Translations under genes and position numbers: made by a program
Shown: positions 49,601 through 61,537 of the stretch, in pieces
Layout: the number at the start of each line of letters is the position of its first letter
Position numbering within the stretch: the stretch's first letter is position 1
Origin: Laetmonice hystrix
Lineage: Eukaryota
Reading direction: 5' to 3'
Length of the DNA stretch: 64,000 nt
NCBI GenBank assembly: GCA_965235115.1
Contig: OZ249439.1
Coordinates: forward strand, 23,994,001 to 24,058,000
Notes under the pieces: model-generated
Told to the model about the DNA's origin: nothing
The model's input: only the letters and a program-made list of their open reading frames with translations
Databases searched by the model: none

Positions 49601-52600
49601 GGTACTCCCAATCACTACCTTTCTGCCAGGCTCAGTCGCCGGTCACGTGACGGGGTTCCGGCCTCGCCCCCGTCCACAGCCAACCCCACAGAATCACACC
49701 AGTGTGCGGCTCAGACAGAGCACGGAAACACTGGACAGGTGACTGTCCACTGCCCTTTGATCTGTACGGAAACAAATGCCGGGAAGATCCCTCCAATGGA
49801 CGGGGCCGCCGTGCTCCCAGACGACACCTGAATCACAGGCCCATCTATCCATCCACTTGGCTTCAATTGGCAAGAAGAGCCCGGCGATTAGAATATTAAG
49901 GTCGATATCGTGCTAATTCGTCGATGGGACTTTGATTGACCGAGCCTGAGGCCATCAGGGATTGCTCTAGTGGAGCCAATTAGGGTGTCTGACGAGCAGA
50001 CACTGCCGGCGCTGACAGGAGGCCATGGTTTCCAAAGCAACAAAGACCCATGGGTAAACAGTAAAAGGGCAGAACAAAGGATAAATGGGGTTGTTTACCT
50101 TGTTCTTGATTAGGGACGGCCATCCGGAGTGACCACTGACTTCAGGATCCATGTTTTAGTTTCGACATTACGGTCCGGACAATAATATTTCTGCTGCATT
50201 TAAATATACTTTTGGAGCCACAAACTGCCTCTTCGGACGACTTTTAATACCGCATGTGTTTTTTTTTCCATTCGTTATTCGAAAAGCCGAAGAAAGTCGT
50301 GAAAGCAGAGCTTGGTGGTGGTATCGTTGAAGGTCAACAGCGTTATTCTATCCAAGCCTACTTTGAAATTCAAAACAGTTTATGCAAAAGAACATGCAAT
50401 TTTCTTAGTGGCACAACATTATTTATTTTACGTAATGATTAATTGTTATTTTATCCAAAATTATAACAAGAAGTTCTGAAGGTCGGTGACCCTGGCAAGA
50501 AGGATTGCATTCACGTTGATTAACTGTAGCAACACAATGCCCTGAATAAATGGCACTCATGTATTACAGCAACCAACAATACAGTTCAAGATTTTGTTTA
50601 ACATTCTTTATGCATTAAAATGAAAGGAAGATGGTTGCGAATATCATGAACTAATTGGTTTCAGCTCTGGCCTTGGATTGAACCAATACTGCCAGACTTA
50701 AACAGGATTGCACCATTACTTGTCGCCTCTAGTCCGCCGTCTTAGCTTGATGTCTACCTACTTAGCCATATCTTTCAGTTGCCAACTTAGCGCTAACGGC
50801 TGCTAGCTCTCTGGAGGATTAGCATCAAGAAGCCATTCTCCAGACGGCCGGTCTGAAGAGTTGCTCCTGTAAGGTGGCGCAACAACCTGGCAAAGAGCTC
50901 ATACGTGCTGGAGGCAGGCGTCTTGTAATGACGTTAACATCACGTCGCCGCACAGCCTCATCATTTTATCCATGTGTCTGGTGCCGCTCAAATCTGATAT
51001 TACCAGAGACAACTCTCTCCGAACATGTGGCTTATTATATAACGTCCTAATATGTCCCAACAACTGCGAGAAATGGCTTCCAAGTCTTAAATATTAACGA
51101 AGTTTAGTACACTCTAGCCCTGACAAACATATATTTTTTTCTTTGATAAACCGTTGATTAGTAATACTGAGGAATCATGATCACCCACCAACCCAGTGTT
51201 GGGGTCACTGTGGACTACTAGTTATCCTCGGTCCAATACATGTTTAATGTACTGTCAAATCAAATTCTAGCAGCGAAGAACGACATGCAACGCCCACGCG
51301 TCCGCCGTATTGAACACGATATCGTTTCTTCTAATATTTGAGAAACTTTGAAAGTCCAATCTTCTTTTACATTTCATTCTTCAGTCTTTACGTCTAAATG
51401 ATATGAATGTTTGTAGAAGGTGGTCAACACGAGTACTGTGGTAATACAGGCTGGGCGGGGGCAAACAAACATTCAGTCCCAGCAGTGATCTCCCAATGAG
51501 TTTTTAAGCTGTGTTTTTGTTTCACCACAAACATGCCCCCATGTATATAGGTAATCCATCGAATTACAGCACGTATAACCATGGGTTACAAGTACATTAC
51601 AGCTACACAAAAGAAGATGGGGCCAACAACTCTAATCAGTCACATTGGCTGTAATAATTTCCTTTTTGTGTAAGCAGGACCTCAGGACAATAAAGTGTAA
51701 ATCATCTGTCAAACGCTACGGCAGCTCCCCCGGACGTCCAGAGAGTCAAATGTCAACTGTTGATTAATGAATCAGTCATCATAAATACTCTCTCGGGAAA
51801 GAAACACCCACCTGCAGCCACTGAGTAACAAAGAAAACTCCCCGTCTCAAATCCAAAGCCTTTGTAATAATGCTTTCACCCGAGGTACACATCGAAAAAA
51901 AAACACCTGTATCAGCGTTGGATGGAATATTCTTACACTGCTTATAGCTATATACAAAATTAAATCATGCAAAATCACGGTGAACATAATATACTGCAGT
52001 GTGTCTATTAATATATATGCATTCCTGATTCTCTGTCGTTCGAAACTCCGCTTTCAAAATGCATTTTACTTAATGTGACATAAATAATGCGCCTTTGATG
52101 CTGATCGATTGCCTAATGTGCTCTCATTTCAAAGTTGATAAAGTAATGGAAATCGCCCCGTGTAGTCCACGCTTTTTAAAAGCACAACTTAGGTTATTCC
52201 GCGTCGTCTGATTAGAATAAGAGCTTTAAAGGCTGGAGATCATCGCCTTTATCACATATCGCTATAACACAAGACCGACAATGCAATCATCTGCTGTTAT
52301 TATGGTCCTAATGTATACAAATAAGTAGATATAATTCTCACATTGCATATAGACTTGCATTGCTCAAAAGAAGAAAATTAATATAAGCATCCAGTATTTA
52401 CCAATTGTCCCTCAGAAGCCGTGGTGGCGGGGTTCTAGTTAAACACGTAACCCTGGCTTTACATGACCTTCCCTAATGACACACTCCCTGTTCCTCTTTC
52501 ATGAGCTACCCCTCCACCCAAGGCCCTCACAGACAATGAGTGTCGCTTGCCAGACACGGCCATGCCTTGGGGTAGCGCGCCAAAGATGCTCGACATTGAC

Positions 52601-55600
52601 TGGAAAGGGGCCTTGATGTGGCGGTATCCATTGAAGTAGAGGCACCTGAAGGAGACATGTTGACTGCCACGGTTCATCACGACACACGTCACCCCATTGT
52701 CTGATCCGTTAATCTGTGAGAACGCAGAGGTCAAAGTCCCTGCCTTCACTTATACCACCTTCAAGGAATAGAAACCGTAGAATTTGGATCGCCCGAGGAG
52801 CGGGAACCTATAAATTGGCACGATTCTAATAACATGGGGAATGGTAATAGTCCTATTTACTTCAAATCAGTTTCCCCCGCCGGCTATTTTGCTCACCCTG
52901 TTGGATATGAGTGCGGCGGCTGAATTTATAACACTATGGGACACTGCCTTGCGCGTCGCGCACAATGAATCCTAACTGTTAATGGGATCCATGATGAATA
53001 TCGATGACGAAGGCACAGTGTGAAACTATCACGGCGGCTGAAGAATTATAATTCAGGCAAATTACCGATGTAAATGTCATGAATAATTTCCCATCCGAAA
53101 TGGATCGCATCTCTTGGAAGGACAAAATTCCGCAAAGCAATGGAAAATCGGGTGTGTTAAAAATGGTCGCAATTATCCGTTTTTCTAATGAGATCCTTCC
53201 TTGTTTCTTCAAACAACACCAGAGTTAACATTGCTTGGGACCGACTAATCAAAGTAAAAGCTGTTCTAAATTTTCAATATTAATTTAGTGTCTTCTTTAA
53301 TAAAAGATGCGTTCGCATATACACGGAAATGTCCTAAGCAACCTGCAAGAACTACCCGTACAAGAACACCTGCTCATTTTTTTCAATTTTCATCTGAGGC
53401 ATTGAACAGAGGAGCTGCCTTTGGGTATAATCGTGTGCATGGGAAATACCTGCAATTTCACAGTTGCAGCAACGTTTGCATAGCGCAGGCGTATACCTAA
53501 TAGGGAGAAAAAGGTAAAATAGTCCATTACAAGCCTGCGGTAGAGTATAACCGGCATCCAATAAAGTGTTGCATGAGTTGATGTGTTGTTGACAGGTGGC
53601 AGTTGGCACTTAATCGCTGGCTGATTGTCCCCCATGATTGGCAGACACTGCCGGTGGGAAATTGGGGCCCGCTGACCGAGGAGGACTGACAGGTGCGGGT
53701 GACCGTTGAGCCCCGGAGCTCTGCTCCGCTCGGCCGTGAACATTTACTACTCCTCCTCCTCCTTTCTCCTCCCTCTCCTCCCTCCTCCTCCTCGTCCCCG
53801 GGAACAGTTAACGTCTGCTCGTGCCGTCCCTGATCGATCCGAACACAAATTTCCGAGGTCACCCCACCCCAATCTGTTTGCGGAGCGTGCGACGTGAATA
53901 AAATATGATGTGGTCAAGTTATCGATGAGAGCGCGGGGGAGGGTGTGGTAAGGAGATCGAGGTTGGAGTCCGTCAGAAAGGATGTGGCTCTTTCCTCGGG
54001 TAACGACTCTTCCCCGGGCCACCAATTGCAGGCACTGGTCAGGCAATATGGACAAGTCGGAATTGGCATAACCTCCACTGGTGCTGCTATACACGGAATG
54101 GATGTGTTTGGTCCTGTGTAAATGTGCACTAAGGGACCAACCACCTGGCCATATTCAATACATCCATGGCACTGATGGACACCGGTTAAGGTACACTTGA
54201 TCCTTCATTGGATCATTACTGTAACGCGAAAATAAACGCAATGACCCTCTCAAATATTAATCCCGAGGAAGCAGGGACGCTAATAAAGTTCCTGATAAAG
54301 GAGAGGTTCCTTTCTGAGCCCCAGCCACACAATAAGCGCAGCCCCAACAAATTGGCAATCAACAAGTTGCGGGAGAACACCAAATTGGTTTTCACAGAAA
54401 GACCTCCACCAGAGCCTCTTGAGTCCGGCCCGGTATGCATTTCCAGGAAGTGGCCAAATGGCCGCGTTAGCGTGACATGCGCGTGTGTGACCCCGCAACC
54501 AGCGACACCTGTCGGTGGCGTCTGGGTTGAGGCTCCTATATAAAGGTGACATGCCATTAGGCAATAGGCGCGTCAGAACGACAAGGGTGGTTAGAAAACC
54601 TCTCGCCCCGGGTCGGCGTCGTTAACCGGAGTACCCGACGGAATCCGTCGCTGCCTGCTGTAAGAGCCGCCGTGTACAACAACCACCACGCCAATCCGAG
54701 TCCCCCTCCCATAAATACCACTCTATCCGAAAACTGGCACGCCAACTCCCTGGCACACCTTCTTTAGTCAGTTCCCTTTTGACTGCGGCTGGTTGATTGC
54801 AGTAGCCTACAACAAGGAATCTGCATGGCAGGGATTCGTCTACCCCACCCACCCCCACACACCCTACCCCAATCTCCCAGCCCAGCAACTTACACCACCC
54901 CAGCCGCTAGCCTGTCGCTATCCAATATTCCAAACTGCATGCATTTTAGTGATAAGATGGATACAAATGACAAGTGATGTGGTAGTTGCGCCGTTGTTGA
55001 CTGCTCGGTGCAGGGAGCGGCTCCAAAGCTCGTTCGCATTAGCGTGGGGCCGGCGCCTGAGTATGAGCGTCCGAAGCGGATTGGTTTTCTTTTTGTGCCA
55101 CAGCTCCGCCGAGGTTAGTAAATCTCTCCAGGAGCACACAGACAACCGTGCCTTCAGATAAAAGTACGTACATACACGGGGTCTTAACCATTGATCATAC
55201 CGTGCCAGAAACGACGACTAACACTGCACAAATCCACCCGACGTTTGGCAAATACTCTCAAGATTGCTTCGACACCTATTCTCAGAATTAAAAATATTCC
55301 CTCCCTGGTTTTGGTCGCGTCTGGTGCCCACGCTGAGCCAAATATCTCTTCCATAACCAAAGGATAAAAGTGAACTGCCATTCCATATACGGATATAAAA
55401 CACATGCAGTCATATTCATATTGGTGGAACTTCTTTTATATATTTTTTTCTAGTTATATATTATATACATTTACAGTAATCCTGCTCATCCCATACGATT
55501 CTCTCATGAATAGTTATCATGGTATTGATCAAGAATCCGAAGAGACTTGAAAACTGATGCCGTTTTCCTTCCTTTCATGTCTACATGCCCCCTCGGCGAC

Positions 55601-57177
55601 ATCTCGCCCTCTGAGGAGTGAGCTATGATCAAGTCGGCGTAGCTCTCTGCCTCCATGTAGAGTCCCATGGAGATGAGTATAAAACCCGTGGCTCATATCT
55701 TTTTGATGGCCACATATAGCGCAGCATGAAAGGAAGCTATAGCAGCATCGAGACAGGGCCTTGCCTTATATGATTCCTTCATAAGCCGAGCAACAGTGCC
55801 TTGTATCCATCCAACAGCCAGCCGACTGGCGCTGCTACCAAAACGTGTCTGATTTCACAGGTCGTGTCTGATAAAAGCTGACATCGACAGCAATAAGTAG
55901 CGAGCAAAACCTCCGATGGCACTCTTTGAGTTGATCTAGAACTGAATCCATAGCGAATGCATGGAATCATCATCAGATTTATTGTGTTAACATAATTACT
56001 ATTGGAAGCCTGCTGGAGTTGGTGAAGTACCAGTATGCCCTTGTAAGTTGTGCTAATAAGGCCAATTGCACTTTTAGCGGCCGGGTCCAAACCTTGCGAC
56101 ATTGTTTCTAGTAAACTGGTACAGCAGTGTACTTGTCCCAGTCATCCACTAAAATAATGTTCTGATGTTTTCAATGTGTACCTTTGAGTTTAACTCGTTA
56201 AAACCTCAGGTTATACACTTATTGTTACATAATCCCGAGTGCCGAATCCCAGCCGGGTCGGAGTGTTTCATCTGACCAGCGGCCGCAGTTAAAGAGCAAT
56301 GTACACGTGACCAGCATGCAAGTGACCGTAGAGGTCGTGCAATGGGACCGATTGCTTAACGACGATAAACGTTGTACCTTAATAGACGGGCGGTATAAAA
56401 ACGGCTCGAGACGGATGGTAACTTATTGGTATGTTAGCGGCGACAGTTTAGCTTATCGCTTGGTCCGCTGGAACTGTGTCGAGCATCATAAATCGTACTT
56501 ATATGATATTACGTATTCATAGGCGTCTTAGGCTTAAATTACGGCAAAACGTCGAGCGCCACCTTTTTAGATATTCTTCGTGAGCCGCCTTCATTTCCGT
56601 CTCGAATATCGTTCTGTTAGAAAGTGCATGGGCGTCCTATTTGGGCGTCTTGGAACGGGGGATTCGATCTGGTTTCTGTTTGACGTGCTGGCCACATGAG
56701 GCTAGGTCCAAATTGCTACAGCGCAAAAAGTTTGTGGAAATTTCACCGATGACTGCGACTGGCTCGTCCAGATAGCACTGCTCAGTCGGTAGCTTGCGGT
56801 GTCGTAGATTTCCATCCGTTGTCCTACAGACCAGAGACACACTAATTAAAGGGATACAGCGCCCCCAGTTTCCATTATGAAATTGCCTAAATTACCGCGC
56901 TCTACGATAAAGAACTGATGCATGTTTAATATGATGCTCTCATTATACCATGCAAGCCAAAAGGTACTTCTACCGCATGCAAATGTATTCTATAATATAA
57001 GAAAAGCCTTTCCGACACGGCAGTGTGTCGAGTATATCACTCAATAACTGTCGTCAAACAAATTATGTTGTTGTGATTTAAGTCGGGAGGTAAATTGTGA
57101 GTCAAAGTCTGTTTTTGTGGTAAGGCCAGTAAGTTTAGATTGATAGAAAACGGCATTTGTCGTACGTTAAGACATAC

Positions 57178-57691
57178 GCTGTGTTCAGACAGAGATGGTC
57201 ATATATCGGTTAGCAATCGAAATATCGCTAGCTATTTCTGTGTGAACAAGCTATGTCGCCTGAGTTAGGTCGCCTAGCTAGTCCGGCTGGGACCACGGTT
57301 TAGTGATCCCAAACATCGGCCAGACCTCTGTCTGAACACGCGTGCCGGATTATAGCCATTGCCTACTGCCAACTTCAGACTAGTGAACCCTCGGACTAGT
57401 GGACCCCCGGACTAGTAGGTAGTTCCCCAGCTGGATATGTCCGGTAATCCGGATATGTCCACAAATGTTGATATTTGCGGACATATCAATTTCTCCGGAC
57501 ACATCTAGCTGATGTTTGCGGACATATCTCCTATCGGACATAACTAGCCGTTCGGACGTATCTAGCCGGAACAACAGGTCACTTCGCTGCCGGTATATCG
57601 CCTGTGTCTGAACGCTAGGCGGTATATCGGGTAAGCGAAAGACTGGTAAATAGACAGGACCAGTATGCAGTCTATCCTGTCTGAACACAGC
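57178..57691. mobile_element. MITE-like element, about 514 bp, with 15-bp TIRs and internal short repeats
   Basis: GCTGTGTTCAGACAG (57178-57192) and its exact reverse complement CTGTCTGAACACAGC (57677-57691). Internal repeated CGGACATA-like motifs occur in both orientations. Confidence 0.75.
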
Positions 57692-58723
57692 ATAAGTCTC
57701 TCTAAGTCTCTGACTTAGTAAGTGACTTAGAAAGAAATCCCCGTTTGTCAGTAGCATGGTTGTGCAGGATTTAATACTTGTAAGTCCCCCTACTGTTGTA
57801 TACAGGAACCAACGCGAGAACCAATGAATGAGCCGGAATTACTTTGATTCGGAATTACCGGCACGGCGCTGACATCCATGACCTTCGTGACCCCGTAAAT
57901 ATTGATTAGGCCTCGTCCCTCAGTCTCGACACTGTCTCGTCTGCCTCGATCTTCGCAACGATAACGCCTCTACAAAACGCTAATATTCAAATGAACGATG
58001 TCGTTTCTGATTGCGATTACTTTCTTCATTGACTATCAACTTGTTCGCCCATTCATTTGTTTTTTCTCAAACCACAATCCTGGCAGGGTGTAGTTTATGG
58101 TGGCTTTCCCCTAGCGTGGTGCCGCTAATCGTGTACAGTTTCGTCTGGTTCAGTGGTGTGAACTATGTACGAGTGAATCACTGCAGTCTATTCTATTGCC
58201 CATGTTGACCTCAAGCTAGCGGGGGTCGCCCTCGGAAATATTAGTCGCACTCCGGCTACCGTTATATGTTGCCGGTAGCAGGTTTCATGGCGACTCGTGG
58301 CCCAATATAAGCACAGCCCACTAATGTCCCCATAGCAAATAGCAATGTATTTATTCCCCATGAGACCAGGCGGCCCTTTACTTGTCACATTTTACCTTCA
58401 GATAATGTTTCATGGGGAGACCGAGAAATGCAGCTTCCGGTTTGTTTACTATCTGAGTGTGCCGTGATAAAGGTGAACGTCGGTAAAACATATAAAAAAA
58501 AAACTTGATTCCAAACTAGCCTACATGGATGATCTTCTTATGTTTAGCAAGGATGCCGTCAGAAGTATCACCTTCGTACTAAGTCTCATCGCGTATTTAC
58601 GCTAAGATCGGGACTATAATTCTCAACCAAGATGGCGGAAGAAGATCTTGGAATTATCCAATTCACCGTACCCGCGTTAGGGGAATTTGACAAAATAGAT
58701 TGCTTTTCCTAATTTCCGATATA

Positions 58724-58850
58724 TTTTCTCCCTGTAGCTGGAAGGTCGCGGAGCTAGTCACAGAGGGGGAAAGAACTAGGAATCGGTTTAAACAAAGCGC
58801 ATGTGATCTTTAGCGATAATACGCTGGGCGGAAACGCTACAGGGAGAAAA
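58724..58850. repeat. 15-bp perfect inverted repeat enclosing about 100 bp (possible MITE remnant)
   Basis: TTTTCTCCCTGTAGC (58724-58738) and GCTACAGGGAGAAAA (58836-58850). Confidence 0.6.
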
Positions 58851-61233
58851 ACCTAGGCGTATGTAAATAGACCATACGGATGGCACGAACAGTGATAATG
58901 CGTTCTTGTCCCTAGGCGATACAGTCGATACATCAAACACTCAATAGTCCCCTGCGATTTCTAGTTGGAATGTCAGATAGGATCCTATGCATTCCTTCTA
59001 TCACTAGTTTGATAAATATAACCCAGAATAATCTCCACAGCAGAACGCATCAAACGCCATGGATTAATACACAGTTATCACACGTCTATATCAGTTGGCA
59101 AAATAGCATCGGCATAAAATACTTATTGTCCCCCAGAATAAATTTCCAAGCCAAATACAAAAAATAAACCTGACTGGATATGACCATAAAAGGTCGGCTC
59201 ATCTGTGATGCTGTCTTTACTCTAATATATCCTTCAACACTTAAAGGGCTCTTAATACACACATCTCATGGCGAATGTTAAACCCATCGCAGGATATAAA
59301 TTAACATGATGGAGACCTGGCGCAGGTGTAGATCGTTGTAGGGTAGATACCCTGTGAGATATGTTTGGATGCAGGTGATATCAATGAAAGGCCATGGGCA
59401 TCGACTTCCATATCAAGTCCCTATAACTTTCCTGAAATGTAACCTCCTGAGACCAACCTGACCCCTCCCCTGCCGGTCCCAAAATGTATCTGCTTCTCTG
59501 GCTGTTTTTTGGACCCGAAAGTTCTAAACTGGTGCTTGATTTCACAGTTCTCCACTGAGAGTCCATGCTGACAAGAGCAGAGATAACGCATTCCCCATCA
59601 AACACGTAGGGCGTTCTTAGGTCTTACTAAGGCGCTGGTTGTTAACGATATCGTTTATATATAGGAGTCAATGACAGACCAACTAGTTATTAACTAGTGG
59701 CCTCCCATTCCCTTCTATATCACTTATCAATTATTAACCAGACCTTGGATGAGAAGTATATGAAAAGTAGACTTTGAATAGGGAATTCCGGTGTGCCATT
59801 CAGCTTCCGTCTCTCCATGCACCTCCTCCTCAGCCATTCCATGACAAGTAACGCAGAGCTAGCTTTAAGGCAAATGTATATCTCCTCCATGTCATCATCT
59901 GCATGGCAAAATTGGCATTATTGTTCTGTGTGCGTGACGGTAATGACACCATCGTGGTTCTCATGCACGCAATCCTAACAAACCACAGGTCAGTAGGCTA
60001 ACACGGACAGGCACCTGCTTTACTCACTAGTAATGTTGAAATCCCAATTGCTCATTGAGAATAATTTAAGGCACTAGCCGTATATGTATAAATGCTGCAT
60101 TAAAACATAGGTATACTAAAAAATAGATTTGATCCACCTACTCCAGACATTATACAAAATAGAAACTATACATCACGTCAACAGCTATTGTGTCCTAATT
60201 GAAGTCCGCTACATCCTGTCTTGAAAAATTCCCGGTCGCAACTACCGGCCTTCTCCCTAGCAGACCAACGTTTCCACGTGTACACTTTATTGACGAGCTG
60301 ACGAGCTATAGCAGCGCCTTTCGCCTGCTACCCACCATCGCCGGACAAGCCGGTACGTGTGGCTGTGTTACATTACGCGAGTTAGCAGAGTCGAACCTAT
60401 AATTACTGCAACTGCCGGACGAGAAACGGTAGCGAGGAGTTCTCCGACGTGACTCGGGCGCCAACTTCCGCACCCGACGGGTGACTTCCGGGAACCGATT
60501 GACCTCGGCCAATGCTCGTGGATTACCGGCTACGAGAGACATCGGAGCGGCTCTGGCGCCCTGCCGAGCCGCCACGACCTTTCTCGTAATCATTGACTCA
60601 TTCCATATCAATTATCTCTGTCCAGGTCTTTGTGCTATTTGTCAATGCGGCCAAGCATAGATATTCGTTACGCTGGCGTTCAATTTCCAGGCCGGGGACT
60701 ATCGTCTTCTAAAGGAGGTCGTCATGAGCAATTACCATTTCCGTCTGCCGATAGACCATCGATGAACTGGGCGGATTTGGTGAATTCATTTTGTCCGGAC
60801 GCCATCCCCGATACCATCAAAACGTATTAAACGTAGGCTGGGTTACTCTCATATATTTTAGCATATATAACCCCAACTTTGTGCTTTGCTTATTAAAGTC
60901 TGTAAGCAGGTTGAGACGTACATAGAATAAAGCCCCACTCCAGCAGTCATTTCCAGAGTAGTTGTCCATGTCCGGGGGGATGAGTGAAACCCATACAGAC
61001 AACTGGAGCTGACACTTAAATCGTCTTCGCCATCGCGTCATCTTCCCTCATTCTGCCACAGGAAACTGATATTATGATGAAGTCACAAATCATAAATACC
61101 TCAGGGAAAATGTGAGGAACTCCCAATCCGTCCTTGTATTCAAAGGCAGGATGGTGGCATTGTTAGATATGCATCTTTGGGTACTGCACCACATTGTGTT
61201 CATAGTTTGACTCTTTTGTCAAGTGAGAGAAGA

Positions 61234-61537
61234 NNNNNNNNNNNNNNNNNNNNNNNNNNNNNNNNNNNNNNNNNNNNNNNNNNNNNNNNNNNNNNNNNNN
61301 NNNNNNNNNNNNNNNNNNNNNNNNNNNNNNNNNNNNNNNNNNNNNNNNNNNNNNNNNNNNNNNNNNNNNNNNNNNNNNNNNNNNNNNNNNNNNNNNNNNN
61401 NNNNNNNNNNNNNNNNNNNNNNNNNNNNNNNNNNNNNNNNNNNNNNNNNNNNNNNNNNNNNNNNNNNNNNNNNNNNNNNNNNNNNNNNNNNNNNNNNNNN
61501 NNNNNNNNNNNNNNNNNNNNNNNNNNNNNNNNNNNNN
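61234..61537. other. Assembly gap (304 N)
   Basis: Run of N. Confidence 1.

Noticed and set aside
49066-50152. GC-rich segment as a DIRS/LTR retroelement
   Set aside because: Only a WWVKNL resemblance. No RT (YxDD), RNase H or recombinase motif was recognisable in any frame.
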